This document shows, one piece after another, positions 25,051-38,609 of a stretch of DNA of 64,000 nt. The notes under the pieces are model-generated. The model had not been told where the DNA came from. It searched no databases and saw only the letters and a program-made list of their open reading frames with translations. Both the position numbers and the translations under genes were made by a program. The DNA comes from Vicugna vicugna. Its lineage: Eukaryota. The stretch's first letter is position 1. Every line of letters starts with the position of its first letter. The stretch is from contig MU058636.1 in NCBI GenBank assembly GCA_013265495.1, forward strand, positions 6,359,741 to 6,423,740. Reading direction: 5' to 3'.

Positions 25051-26094
25051 CCCCTCTGCTGTCACAGACCGTTGTTTATACATCCGTTCCCACCTTGCTC
25101 CATCTACACCCCTATTAAACACTGATCTCCAATTAGTCAGAGACTCTCCACTGAACACAGTCAAAATTAAAAGCTCCTTTAAACACACATATTCTCACTG
25201 ACCAGCTACCAGGCTCTATGGTAATCTAGATGTGCGGATATTCTGGTGAGACTGGAAGAGAGACAGGGGTTCTATATCTCTATGAACTGATAGATATCTA
25301 TGAACAGTTTGTCCAGAAAACTTGGCTTTCCAGTGATAACTAAACAGTAGATAGCAGATGTATTTACCAAGCATTTCTGCAATAAGCATACAAATTACTG
25401 GAAATACATTTTCCATCACTCAGTTCAAAAATAAGAGAAAAAATTAATAAATACAAGAAAAAATTAAAAATTAAATTATAATATGTAAAGAAGTGGAGTT
25501 TCTGTTTTTATTTGTACTCTTTTTAGATTATAGCATACCCTGTAGTCTTTTGGACACAAGTTTCAATGCACAGATACCTTACTAAGCATTGGCATGATTT
25601 TCTGAATGTCCTGTTTTAAGATACAGCTGAATAACATTCTCCAAATACAACCTTCTCCCCCCACTTTACCTTTGCTCAACACCTACCGGATGCAAAGCCT
25701 ACAAAGAGGGGGCTTCCACAGCTCCTCTCTGGCTACACAAGTCCACTCAGAAGCACAGAAAGAGTCCCGAGTCATAAAGAATTCTGACGCCCACAGTGGC
25801 TGAGCGGAGAATTCAGACAAATTACTCATAATGTCCCCTGGGATTCTCAAAAATACTTTTCAAAGTACACATGGGTGATCACCCAGGAGGTGATTCTTGA
25901 TTCTCTTCGATGAAGAGATGCTGTGAGTGTGCCTTTCATTAGTCTCCAAGGGGAAGGACCTCTGCACACAGAGACTGAGGGCAAAGTGCCGACAGAGGCT
26001 AAAACCAGTGGTCAGGCACAGCAACATCAAGGACTTTGTGTCATTACCATGAATTTCACCTCCCTCAAACCCTCCTTCCACTGTTTCCGATTGT

Positions 26095-26260
26095 GGAAGC
26101 TTAGGCAAGGCAACTGACCTTTCTAAACTTCAGGGGTTCTCATCTGCCAGAAGGAGACAAAAATACTTGCTTTGAGAGGCTTCTGTGGAAATGAAATAAC
26201 TCATAAGGAACACTTATTCCATATGGCCTGGTACAGAATAAGCAATGAAAGATTATTAGA
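26095..26260 (+). mobile_element. MIR SINE fragment
   Basis: gcaaggcaactgacctttctaaacttcaggggttctcatctg...atggcctggtacagaataagc. Confidence 0.55.
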
Positions 26261-26494
26261 CATTATTTTCATTGTTATTGTTGTTATTATCACAATAAGG
26301 ATTATTATCATTCTATTAGACACTAAAGGTAATTTCTATATTAAAGCACAGTAGCATTATCCGATATCGTTTGGGAAAGAAATAGCCCTCCTCTTATTCT
26401 ACAGCTTTTTGTACTCCATTACCATCCCACTGTAAATTTGTTTTGTCCCTCTTATTACAGTATCCATGGATCAGAAATCTTTACGAATGAATCA

Positions 26495-26600
26495 CAATAA
26501 CCACAGCAACAGTAATAAACGTGTACCGAGTGTGTGTTTACAGTGAGCCAGACACGGACCTAGCTGTTTTACATGCATTATCCCACAGCCTCCTGATGAT
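26495..26600 (-). mobile_element. MIR 3' fragment
   Basis: aataaacgtgtaccgagtg...gagccagacacggacctagctgttttacatgcattatc. Confidence 0.5.
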
Positions 26601-26724
26601 GCAGGAATTTTTGTTAGCCCTACGCAATAAATTCACCAAACAAGTTCACATCACTTCTTCCTTCTATTGCCCAGACCGAGGTTTGTTGTGTGGCCTCAAT
26701 GAAAACAAAATCTCTTTTATGTTG

Positions 26725-27400
26725 CTCTGATGGCAGTGTGCACAAGGTACACAGATAACATGAAGGAGAAGGTGCCCAGCAGTGACTCTGGAGGCCAACA
26801 AAGGCCTCACAGAGAAGAAAGCGTGAACCAGGTCTTACAGGATGATAAAGACTCACCGGGCAGAGCAAAATCAGAAAAGGCCAGAGCACAAAGGCCCTTT
26901 CGGGACCGGAAATACTGCAAGGGCTGAAGCTGAGGGAATAACACAGAGCAGAAAGGCAGGCTTGGAGGTAAAGGGGCAGCTAGGACCAGACTGTGAAAGA
27001 CCAGAGCACTTAATTACAGTGTCTGCATCTGATGTTGTAGGATTATGGCAATGGCGGGGGGCATTGAAAGGATTTAAGCTGGGCTTTTACAGGATTCATC
27101 CCCAACATTTCCTCTTACAAAAAACTCTTGGAGGTTTGTAATTCTAGACACCAAGAAATATTGGATACAGAACATGTGAAATATAGATTATATGAAAAAT
27201 GAGAAGGACCTGGGGGAATTCAGTGGTAGCAGAGCTGGAAAAGCGGGACAGATTCCAGAACGAGGAGGCAGGACGAGCAAGGTTTGGTGGTGATGGGATG
27301 TGCTTGGGGAACAGGAGGGGCAAGGCCAACAAGACTCCAGATCTCAGTGACTGAATGGATGGCGGTGACCATGAGCAAAACAAGAACACAGGACGGGAGG
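26725..27400 (-). mobile_element. L2 fragment
   Basis: Purine-rich reverse L2 blocks such as ggcattgaaaggatttaagctggg and caagactccagatctcagtgactgaatggatggcggtgacc. Confidence 0.55.
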
Positions 27401-27509
27401 TAGGATTTTTTTTTTTTTTTTTTTTTAAATAATTTGCAAAATGTCTAATTGCCAGATTGGCAAATATGCAAAGATTAAAAAAAAAAAAAGATTGTGGAGG
27501 GGCTCCCAA

Positions 27510-28165
27510 TGGACTCTAGGAGAGTCAGTGGTTGGAACCTTGCCCTGGGTCAGCTGGCCTTGGGTTTGAGTCCTGCTGCTGCCACCTACAGGCCACACAG
27601 GGCTGTGTAGAATTGTGGGTAAAATGTTTAAGGCCTACATATTTTGACTGCAAAATCCTACTTCTGGGAATTTATCAAAGGGAAATAGGAGGACTCAGGA
27701 TGTGTGACCAAGGCAGCTCCCTGTAGCATTGTTTATAGCAGCAGGAAATGGAATTAAGTGTATAAAAATAAGAGGCGTCATGAACAACGGTAATGCAGCA
27801 TACTATGCAGCCAGTGAAGTGATGGCCACCACTCTGAGGAAAAGTCAGAGCACACGTCGCATGTCCAGACCAACCCCATCTCATCCATCCTCCCCGACAA
27901 CAACTTTCTCCAATTGCTGCCTCCTTAACAAGACTTCTCAGACCCTATCTCCCAAGTCACTATCATTTTACCCAGTTTATACCCTTATTATTCATCAAGT
28001 GTCTCAATTATCATGAGCCTCTGTTTCTCTATCTGTCAAATGGAAATCTAGTGAGAATAATGGTGACATTTAAACGAGATAATTTGTATTAAATGAGATA
28101 ATACATAAATATGCCTGGTTTTACAAAATGAGTGCTGAACAACTGCCAACTGCAATTTTCATTAT
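27510..28165 (+). mobile_element. MIR split by an old L1ME-type fragment
   Basis: MIR 5' part (ccttgggtttgagtcctgctgctgccacctac, about 27510-27610). L1 3'-type piece (ttgactgcaaaatcctacttctgggaatttatc...gcattgtttatagcagc, about 27610-27830). MIR core resumes at about 28013 (tgagcctctgtttctctatctgtcaaatgg). Confidence 0.5.
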
Positions 28166-30324
28166 TCTCCCTTAATGATAACTCTCTGCTAAATTTTTAT
28201 CTTCCTAATATTACTCTGAGATCTCTCAAAAGTCCCTCATAAATAGTCATGTATTGTCATGCAGAAAAGGTCTTGTCATTTTCAATATAAAAAGGTAAAA
28301 TTAAGGAGATTCCTGGAAGATATTGGTCCAGAAAACAAAAAGAGCTAAGAAGTCAAATAATGAGAAGTAAAACAAACATAAGGCAGGATCAACTGATGTC
28401 AGGAAAAAAACCACACATACACTGATATTAATAAAGCGTGACAAATGCTCCTACCTGACATTCTACACTGCCTCCTCCAAAAAGAGAGGATTTGCCCTTT
28501 GATACTTACCACTGCTTTGAAAATTTCTTTCACATATTCATTTTGCATTGTCTTCTCTTCTTTTTTGAGGTCTCAGTTATGTAAAGACCAGTATTATTTG
28601 AATGCAGTGATTTTGAATAATACAGACACATTATTTTTCCTGCATTTTTCCTCTCTCATCTCCTTTGTGACTCTCATATTTTTGTGTATCCTCTATTGTC
28701 ATAAGATTAATGCCTAATTGTTCTCCCATAAGAGAAATGACATGTTAATGAGAGTATGCTGAATATACAAGTATGCGTGAAAAAAATGGTATCTCTATGG
28801 AATCTGGGGAGTCAGGAGGGTAGTTCCTGTTAGGTACAGGGGAGAAATTCTGGTTCTGGTTTCAGGAAAGAAAAGCCTGCATTTTTCAAGTCCTTCAAAT
28901 CTATCAGCCATTTTGCATGGCCCTAGGAAGGCCACCTGATAAGGCGGCAGTTGAAAATGTACTCTTTGGGCAGAATTTCTGATACACTATGACAATGGAG
29001 CAGTCTGCTTACTTAATAGGATGAAATTTGGGGAAGAATTGGCAGCTAACTGTGTATCTAAGAAAGCCTATCCTAATTTGAGGACAGGTTTTGTTAATAA
29101 ACCAGGATATAAAGGTTTATCTTCCCCTTCCAAAATGAAAAATAAATAAATAACTTCAATGGCAATAAAATGCCTTGGGTTAAGCTCTGCTTGCATTAAA
29201 GCACTGCCCATAGCACCGTATCTTTTATGCTGGTGGGTAGCTCTGTTTCAACTCCTCAAGATCTTAAGCAACATACATTTTAACAGCATGACACATTAAA
29301 GGGAGAGCAAATCTCTTTTCTTCACACCAGATGGGAATAAGAAACGTGAGTGTTGTGCACAATGAAACAATATCTATAAATCTGGCATTTTATCACCCCA
29401 TTTCAGACTATAAAATTAGAAGATTCATCAGTCACACCTCTATTCGTGAAATATACCTGCTGAGGTACGAGGTCCCTGTGGGAAGACTGATACAGATAAC
29501 GCATTCAGAGGGTGAAGTCATACATCAGTGAGCATCACGGGATTAGCGAGAGCTGTGACCCTCACATCCAGCTGCATTTGCATTATGTATGCTGTAGGGT
29601 GTCAGGAGTGTGCCAGGAAACTGAGAATTATTAGGAATCCACGTATTACCAACCCTGCAACTCTGGGCCTTGTGGAGATCTGACTTTACAGTTTCTCTAC
29701 ATACGAAGATATTCCCAAACAATATTAAGGGAATATCAAAATTGACTAAAACATATTTTCCTATTATTAGGATGCTATTTTCGTTGGGGGGAAAATAAGC
29801 AGATTTTCACCTATTTCTTCTCTGTCTTCTTTCTCCCAGTTTCTGATTCTAACCCACATCCATGTTCTTTGTCCTCATGGCTGTAACAATGACACGTGGT
29901 ATCTGCAGGGTGTTGAAATGTTCAGAGTGCATTCACTGTCATCAACTCCTGTGACCCTCCAGCCACCCAGGGAGGTGGGAGCAAGAATAGCTTGTGACTT
30001 GACCAAGAGCTGGGATGAAAACACAGATACTGAATACTTTTCCAGGGTCTCTCCCCCACCTCCAATGTGCTGTGTTACACTTCTTTTCCCAATGTCCCAG
30101 TGATATTAGCAGACGAGGAAAAATACGCATCAGAGATTCTTTGCTTTCTATATTCTTTTTTCTCTTTTTGGCAGACAAGCTATAGAACCCAAGGAAAATC
30201 ACATTGGATTCCGTGGCCATTTCCTCTCTCTTTGAGTCATGATAGATGGGCATCTTGCCTACATCAAGCCTGGAAGGTTTACCCCGCCTGGACTTGCCTG
30301 GTTTGGGAGCAAACACAGATTAAT

Positions 30325-30705
30325 TAATCATACATAATAACTACTCCGAAACCTAGTAGCCTAAAAAACATAGTAAGTATTTATTATCTTTGCCTTTTTT
30401 TCCTGGCCAGGAATTTGGAAATAACTTAGCCGGGCAGTTTGACCTGGAGAAGTCCATCATGGAATAGCAGGCAGACCTGCCATTACCTGAAGATGTGAGG
30501 GTGAGCTTCCAAGACGGGAGAGTGGGGCTGCCTAATGGCAGGAGGCCTCAGTTCCTCACCACATAATCCTCTCCCAGGGCTGTTTCAGTATCCTCACAAC
30601 CAGAGCAGGCAGCCCATGAAACCAAGTGGGAACCACAATGCCATTTATGACCCAGCCTCCAAAGCCATATGCCATCTACTCCGCTGTGTTCTGTTTATCA
30701 CATGT
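30325..30705 (-). mobile_element. MLT1 (H/G-like) ERVL-MaLR LTR
   Basis: ataactactccgaaacctagtagcctaaaaaac...ccaggaatttggaaataacttagccgggcag...gaggcctcagttcctcaccac...ttatgacccagcctcc. Confidence 0.7.
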
Positions 30706-30839
30706 GTGAAGAATCATCGGGTGCATCTTGGGGGTCAATATGATTCTGTGGATTCAGAGGGAGCCACTGAATATAGCACTGCTCCCAAGAAACGAGAACG
30801 TCCCGGAAAGTGCACAACCTGGTAGACAGCTGGTGTCAC

Positions 30840-31405
30840 CTTGGTGTATGGCTGGTCCTTTCTTTCAACATTGCCTTCATTCTTCCTTTCTCTTGGGAAC
30901 CGACCCTCCAATACACAGCCACCTCGGGAACCACTCCGGACTTCTGTGTCCCTCACTCCCTAACCATGGTTTGTTGGTTCAGCATCAAGCATCTGACCAA
31001 AGTGAAGGGAGGTAGTGAAAATAGCATCTCCCAGACTATACAGCCGATTGGTCCAAGCGGGACACCCGACTCTTAGGTGAATACAATCATTCCCTGGGAT
31101 TTTGAACTTGAGATCAAAATAAGCAAACTTGAGGGAAGTCTCCCTTCTTCTAATGGTTGAATTATAGAATATAAAACTTCTCCATGTGGAGGATCTGGTC
31201 AGTAGTGAGAAAGTAGGTCAGTGTGAACAAAGCAGAGATGAGTGAAGAAGAGAGGAAGCTGAGCTCCTGCCTCTGGGTTAGAGCATCCCCTTCTCACAGC
31301 TTAGTCTGTGTCCTTTACAACCCTTTGGATTCTGTGAACCAATGAATTCCCCCTCACAGATAAACTAATCTAGGCGAGTTGCAAACTTGTTCACAGTACA
31401 ATTCA
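30840..31405 (+). mobile_element. MLT1K-like ERVL-MaLR LTR
   Basis: gattggtccaagcgggacacccgac...ttccctgggattttgaacttgag...tgtgaaccaatgaattccccct, blocks typical of MLT1J/K. Confidence 0.6.
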
Positions 31406-32859
31406 GATGCAGAGAAAATATAAATTGTGTCTGATCTTCGTGGAGAGAAAATGTATTTGACTTTCTCTAATCTGGGATAATTGCTCACTCTTGCCTGTAT
31501 CTGCAAGCTCCCTCCTAATGGTATTGGGTTGAATAAAGGGAGGAGGGCTCCATGGCCTTGGGGCTCCGGAGCACAGAGGTCCTTAGATCTCCATGGCGCC
31601 TCTGGCCTCTGTCAGGTGTCTCTTGTCCACCTGACCACTGCTTAGGCTGACACCACTCACAGCTGCAGCTCCGGGAGTGTGTAACTCATGCCCGAGCCTC
31701 CCTCTGCTTCCACTCCACCAGCCCCCGCTCCCCCGCCACTCAGCCTCACGGCCTACACCGAGCCCCTGCCGCATTCTCCTTGGGACCTCTGGGACCAGGG
31801 TGTCTCCCCGCAGCCCATGCGGCTTCCTGGGGTATCAGGCAGAAAACCGTTGTCCTCTGTGCTTCCCTCAACTTACCTAGCACACCTGACCCTCTCAGGC
31901 ACATGGCCAGCTTGATCTTTTCTCTGTTTTCCACTATCAACCTGTAGCAAGAAGGAGAAGTTTCTCCATCTCGCATGACTTCAGGCTTCCCTCATATAAA
32001 GCTCTAAGATCTCTTCTCCAAGCCTGACTTTCAAGTCTGCTATGTCATTAAAATGATAATGAGTCATCTTTCTCCACTGTGGACAAGAAAGGAAGATTTT
32101 AAGGGGGTCAAAGACTTGAGAAAAACGTTTAAACTGATAAGCTTAATATTTGTTTAAAAAAAAAAAAGATTCTTTAGGCAAGTCTGAGTCCTGTAACTTA
32201 AACCCAGAATCCCGACTAATGCCATCAGGTAGTAGTAAAACAGTCAAATGGCCATCATTCAGTCAGTCAATTAGTCAGCCATCTTCTGAGCATCTTTGAG
32301 TTCCTGTTCCAGGAAATATAAGTACAACTCATTAAATTACTCACATCTAGGGAAAAAAAATACACTTCTATAAAAAGGAAAAGAATAATACAACGAATTC
32401 ATTGTGCTCCCTAAGAAAAGGATGATCAAAAGTCCCCCCACAGAAGGGCAGGTGAGTCATTCTGTCAGGGAGGAGTGGGGGCCCCTTCACAGTGCTGAGA
32501 GAAGACGGCTCAGCTCTGTAACTTGCAAAGCTATTACCTCCCCGGGTTGCTGATTCAATCTATTAAATTCAAATCTTTGAACAGGGTGCTTCTTAAGACT
32601 GAATCCTATGTGGGACAGGGATCATAAAAGATCATATCATGCCTTGTGACTGGACTGTCCAGATGTATGAATGCACAGCACAGATCTACTCATGATCTTT
32701 GTTTTTGTTTACTTCACTGTAAAATGCAAGTAAGAAGATATTAGAATGTATTAGCAAGGACCCACACATTGCTGGGAACCCTGGGGTGGTTCTAGGAGCC
32801 GCGACAGCCCGTGGGCCGCCCCCCGTATGGCACCCCAAATATTTAATGACTGTTTACAT

Positions 32860-33360
32860 ATTTAACGGCTGTCTCTGTGAGGACAGGGTTTGTGTTGTCT
32901 TACTGACTGCTTATATCCCCATCCCACAGCACAGTCCTGGCCTCAGACTAGTGCTCAGGTAGTAAACGTGTGTTCAGTGAATGAACACCAGTTTTTAGGA
33001 TGGAAATTTGGTTACATGTATCAGAAGTTCTTAATTCTCCTTAGAGATTCGTCCCAAGGAAATAAGGGATATATGCATGTAATTATTTACAGAAATGTTC
33101 AGGACAATGTGATTTATACTAAGAGAAAGTCAGAAAGAACTGAAATGTCAAACAATAGTCTTGTTTAAGTAAGTTATGGTATCATCTTAGAATGGCTATT
33201 AGGCAACCCTTAAAATAATGGCTATAAAATTATTACATTTGGGTAAATCTGTATTTGCTCTGTGTGTGTATAAATGTATATGCAAAGAAAAGAGATCAGA
33301 AGAATGGGCACTTATATGTTCATTGTGGCTCTCTTCAGGTGCAAAGTTTTCAATCCACTT
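32860..33360 (+). mobile_element. L2 3' end followed by an old L1ME fragment
   Basis: gcacagtcctggcctcagactagtgctc...ttcagtgaatgaac (L2), then aaagaactgaaatgtcaaacaatag...taagttatggtatcatc (L1ME-type). Confidence 0.5.
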
Positions 33361-33369
33361 TTTTGTATA

Positions 33370-33453
33370 TATATTTTTATTGAAGTATAAAAATATTGTG
33401 TCAATTTCTGGTGCACAGCATAATAAGGGTTCAGTCATATATGAACATATATA
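33370..33453 (-). mobile_element. Very short lineage-specific L1 3' tail
   Basis: ttttattgaagtata...ttgtgtcaatttctggtgcacagcataata...ttcagtcatatatgaacatat resembles the 3' terminus of the L1 at 19356. Flanked by ttttttgtata at 33359-33369 and 33454-33464. Confidence 0.65.
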
Positions 33454-35905
33454 TTTTTTGTATACACTCCTATCATCTTATTTTTGTTTCTCTTTATTTT
33501 CTCACTGCTCTAAAATGACCTATTTCTTTTTATTGTAAGAGAAAGCAAAAATGACAAAAATGTGTTAACAATCTCTGAGCATGTGCCCTCGAGTGTTGGC
33601 TGACAGAACTCGAACTTACCAGCATGTCCTCATATCCAGCCAGGGTCCCCCTCAGTCTCTGAGGGCAAGCTACGTCCAAGCACTTATCCGAAGTACTTAC
33701 GACAGGATTTACACCGTCTCCTGTCCTTCCAACCTGCTCACCAAAAGACGTGTTGGGAAGCAGTATATTAGGCAAGGTACAGGCAAGCCTTTAAGAAAGT
33801 GTTTCTCTATTAATGCACATATTGATCTAGGCTAAGCCAACCCTACTCTTCCCCGTGTACACATCTACCAAAACTCACACGAGCCTCACTGCTCACAAGA
33901 ATTCAAAAGAAATAACACCAATACTGGTCCATCCCACCTCTTAACAGTCATACCCACCGGCCTGCCACTGCTCAGCAGGTCTGTTGGTCTCGACCTGCAG
34001 CCCACTCGTCCTAAGTCATTTCCAGGTGGGTTGGTACCAGAGCCTCTACAAACTCCCCAGTGATCTGCAGTAGGTCCAGGCACTTGGCACATGAACTAAG
34101 ACTACTGAGTGTTTCTAAAGCCATGAAAATCAGCTACCAGACTGTTCTTCCTGACTGCGTGGCGAGCGATGTAGGAGGAAGGAGAAGGCGAAGATGATAA
34201 TGGTATTTCCTCAGCAGTAGGAGTGATTGCTCAGGTGCAGCCACAGAAAAGGGAAATACTATGTCAAGCCCCATCAAAGTCCAGCTTGAATCTCCCCTGA
34301 GCCTCCACCATGGCTGCTCTCTCCCCAGCCTACTTTATTTACATATTTCACCTCACCCGGATCTCAATGAGTTCTAACTTGGAAATGCAATTAAAAAAAT
34401 TTTTTTAAGTCTGTGCCTTCTTCTATGAAAGCACTTTTAATTCATCTTCTTTTCTAAAGGATTCATTTTTAGAAAATGAAATTAGTGATACAATTCCTAA
34501 TGAAATGATTGCTTCTGTAAGTAATAGAAATGAAATGCCCTGGCAAAGCCTACAGGATAATTGTTCCTTTGGTAATGTTTACCATCATTACCAATCCTGA
34601 ATTTCAGGTGCCACAGTTTGCACCCTCAAAACAGAGAGCAACACAATTAATCTGATTAAAAAGGAACCATTTATAGTTACAAATTGCCTTCATCTTAGGT
34701 TGATCAAAGCACTCCACTGATGATAACTTGTTCTGATTCAGTATAATTTTTGCATTGCTTATTGCTATCAAACTAAGTGCTTTAATTCTTACAGTTTTTT
34801 TTTTAAAAATAACACTGAATTACAAATTGGGGTGTCACAAAAGTTTCTGAAGAATCTATTCTTTTCATACTCAGCTTCCAACTTGATAATCCTTTTTGCC
34901 AGGGTTCTCATTACAATTCTCTTGATGGGGTCAGAACTCATGAAAACTTGTACAAGGAAAATATGACATGGTTTAGGAAGGTGGGGGAGAGGAGAAGAGG
35001 AGGATACTAAATTAAAATCTGCTGTGAACGCCTCAGATATAGATTCCAAGTCTTTTTAATAGAAAATGACTGAGTCTTCTATGCAGAGCTTCTGAGACTA
35101 AAAGACAAAAGTACAGAAATTTTCTCCCAACTTAACCTTACACATTTTTTATTTTCCTTGCAAACTCAATGCATGATTGCCTGGCTGCTGGCAGCCTGTC
35201 TCACACAAATTATGTTGTATCGACTGCAAAAAAAGGGCTCATGATTTCTGTGTATTCAGTCTACCCCATAAAGCTCTCAGGGCAGTGCCCAGTACTCCAA
35301 GGGCTTGACTAAATAAACATTGAGTTGAAAAGTATAGACTAGAAAAATTACTTCTATCCAACACAAATAAAAATAAGCATCCAGACTTCAGAGCTTTTAT
35401 TCTGCTCCTTACAAAACCTAAGGTGATTCCCTTTTCCTAAATAATAACCATACTTCATCCCATGGCTCAAATTCTTTCTTAGAAGTTGGCTGGTAACTCA
35501 ACTACATCTGGGAATTCCAGGTGAACAGGAGGGAACTAGATTCCCCTGCTGGGCTGAAAGACAGCCATTAACTAACGTAGGAGCACAAAATAACAAAAGA
35601 GCTTCCTTTTTTTCTTCCTTCTGGGTTTCCTGACAGAGCCTGGCTAGACCTAGGAATTGCCTCAGTTTTCATCACATCTTGTTATTAAATGAGCCCAGGT
35701 CAAGAAACACCCTTTTTGACACACTGATTACTGGAATCCTAGAGACATCCCCATACCTGGGCACTCTGTAGATCTGCCCAATTTCCCAAGTCTCAAATTC
35801 CTTCAGTCACAAAATTTTTAGGGACAGTAGCTACTAATATTGTTTTACTAATAATTTTATATTTATACAGTGATTTAATGTTTTAAAAAAACTTCCCAAA
35901 GGCAT

Positions 35906-36302
35906 TGCGTAAGTTTGCTGGGACTGCCATACCAAAGCAACAGAGACAAGGCAACTTGAACAACAGAAATTTATCTTCTTACAATTATGGATGGTAGAAA
36001 TCCAAGATCAAGGTGTCAGCACAGCTGGTTTCTTCTAAGACCTCCCCACTTGGCTTGCAGATGGCCATCTTCATTGGGGGTCTTCCCATTGTGTGTACCC
36101 ATGTCCTAATCTCCTCTTCCCATAAAGACACCACTTAGATTAGGATGTGGATATTGAATTAGGCCACATCCATATAAATTCATTTTACCTTAAGTACTTT
36201 TTAAAAGACATATCTCTAAATACAGCCACATTCTAAGGAACTGGAGGTTAGAACTTCAACATATGAATTTGGGGAAGAGGGGATACAATTCAGCCCATGA
36301 TA
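35906..36302 (-). mobile_element. MLT1B-like ERVL-MaLR solo LTR
   Basis: aacaacagaaatttatcttcttacaattatgg...tccaagatcaaggtgtcagc...ggttagaacttcaacatatgaatttgggg...acaattcagcccatgata. 5-bp TSD ggcat at 35901-35905 and 36303-36307. Confidence 0.9.
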
Positions 36303-37083
36303 GGCATGATTTCATTTTAGAGGCTATGAACCTAAAATTAAAACAAAACAAAGCAAAAGACTGCACTACCAAGCTCACCAGCCATTAGATGGTGCAGCTA
36401 AAATTGAATCCCCTGGTCTCTGATTCCAAACGCCATACTTTCTCCCTTACAATTTGCTTCCACTGCACTAACTAACTTGTGTATAACCATTTAACATTTA
36501 CGGACAACACATTATCTCATTGAATTGCCTGAGAAAAGAAAATCAGATATTACTCAAGGGACCATTTGGCCATCTTTGATACATCTCTATTTTGAAAAGC
36601 CTGAGACAGGAGAGGAGGTTCTTCTGTAATTCTTCAGCAGTTTACTCTCTACCCACAACCTTTGCCCTCTGATCAGACCTTAACATTGAGTATGCAAGAA
36701 AAGGCCACTGGACCAAAGCTTGACTGTCAAAAATGTCCCTAATTTTGGCTGAAGCCCAGAATGAATTTTGTCCAAAGGAGCAGGATGAGGGTTCATTACC
36801 AATGTCTATCCCAACTCACTTCAGTCAGACCTCAGGTACTAGCTAAATCTGTGAATAGATGGACAGATCTAAAGATGAGGGACTTCCAGGGCAGGTGTTC
36901 CTGAGTCCCTTGTAAAGTCAGCCCAAGAGGAAAGAATCTGTTCCTGCCATTCACGGTAACTAAGTAGCTCTTGTGTTTTAAATTCTGAGAGTACTATTTT
37001 TTGGAAGCTAAAAATGCAAACAAAAGTATTTGAATATCTGTTGATAGTTTCTTCTAAAAATAAAGTGAGAATAAAAGTATGTT

Positions 37084-37456
37084 AGAAGACATACAGATAG
37101 CTAACAGGCACATGAAATGATGTTCAATGTCAATAATTATTAGAGAAAAGCAAATCAAAACCACAATGAGCTACTACCTCACACCTGTCAGAATGGCTAT
37201 CATCAAAAAGTCTACACCATTGGTAGGAATGTAAATTAGAGCAGCCACTATGGAAGAGTATGGAGTTTCCTCAAAAAAGTAGAACTACCATATGATCCAG
37301 CAGTTCCACTCCTGGGCATATACCTGGAAAAAAATTAAGACACTAATTGGAAAAGATACATGTACTCCAATGTTCACAGCAGCACTATTTACAATAGTTG
37401 AGACACAGAAGCAACCCAAGTGCCCATCAATAGACAAAGAAGATGTGGCGTGTGTG

Positions 37457-37488
<32 letters not shown>

Positions 37489-37983
37489 TGCGTGTGTGTG
37501 TGTGTGTGTGTGTGTAATGGAATATTACTCAGCCATTAAAAAGGATGAAATATTGCCATTTGCAGCAATATGGATGGACATAGAGAATATTATGCTTAGT
37601 GAAATAAGTCAGAGAAAGACAAATACTGTATGATATTACTTATAGGTAGAATCTAAAACATAATACAAATCAATGTATATAGCAAAACAGAAACAGACTC
37701 ACAGATAAAGAAAACAAACTAATGGCTATCAGAGGGGAGAGGACGGGGGAAGGAGCAAGTTAGAGGTATGGAATTAAGAGATACAAACTACTATGTATAA
37801 ACTACTATGTAAAAATATAAAAGCAATAAGGATATATTGCATAGCACAGGGAATTATAGCCATCATCTTAATAATAACTCCCGCTTGGAGTATAATCTGT
37901 AAAAATACTGAATCATTATGCTGTACATGTAAAACTAATGTAATATTGTAAATCAACTATACTTCAATTTTTTTAAAAAAGAT
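37084..37983 (+). mobile_element. 5'-truncated LINE-1 (ORF2 end plus cetartiodactyl-type 3' UTR)
   Basis: ORF 37292-37633 contains KDTCTPMFTAALFTIVETQKQPKCPSID and MEYYSAIKKDEILPFAAIWMDIENIMLSEISQ. 3' end aatcaactatacttcaat. TSD taaaagtatgtt (37072-37083) / taaaagtgtgtt (37984-37995). Confidence 0.92.
37448..37516. repeat. Compound (TG)n(CGTG)n(TG)n microsatellite inside L1
   Basis: Uninterrupted alternating purine-pyrimidine run of about 69 bp. Confidence 0.95.
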
Positions 37984-38609
37984 TAAAAGTGTGTTGCTAG
38001 TGACTCTGGTGCATCCAAAACTTGTTTCTATGTATGTCTGCACAGAAGTCTGGAGACGGGAATTCAAGTGCCTGGTGCTAGTGCTAGTGAGGAAATCATG
38101 AGATCTCTCCAGGCTTCAGTTCTCTCATCCATAGAATACAGGCTGGACTTTTTATAGCCCTAACTTTTAATGTACAAACTCAGCTTTTGTCTTGTTTTTC
38201 AGCTTTGTCTTCACCCATTCCTTCATCAACTGTAAGATGCAGATGGTGCAAAATGAAAAGGATAAAATGTCTCTCCCTAGTCCTGACTCAGTCAATATCG
38301 TCTTCCTACTTCCTCTGGATCTCTCATGTCACTCACCAGGGCAACAGCGACTGACGTAACAAGGTGGGAGAAGGGATGAGGTCATTTGGGAACAAGGACT
38401 AAGGCAGCAAGTGCTCATGCAGAACGCTTCTAGAAAAGGAGGCTGAACCAGAAAGTGTATGGGGAGCTGGTACCCAATTTAGGAAGGACACAAACCCAGG
38501 AGCTAGGAGCAACAACTTCCACATGTGGGTCCACAAATTCACAACAAGTAAAATACAAACAAAGCAAAGCAGGTTGGGATTAAAAAAATAGGGTCAGAGG
38601 CTGTGCAGC

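Noticed and set aside
33620..33658. 39-nt minus-strand micro-exon candidate (RLRGTLAGYEDML, gtaagt donor)
   Set aside because: Weak polypyrimidine tract, unrecognised peptide and isolated position.
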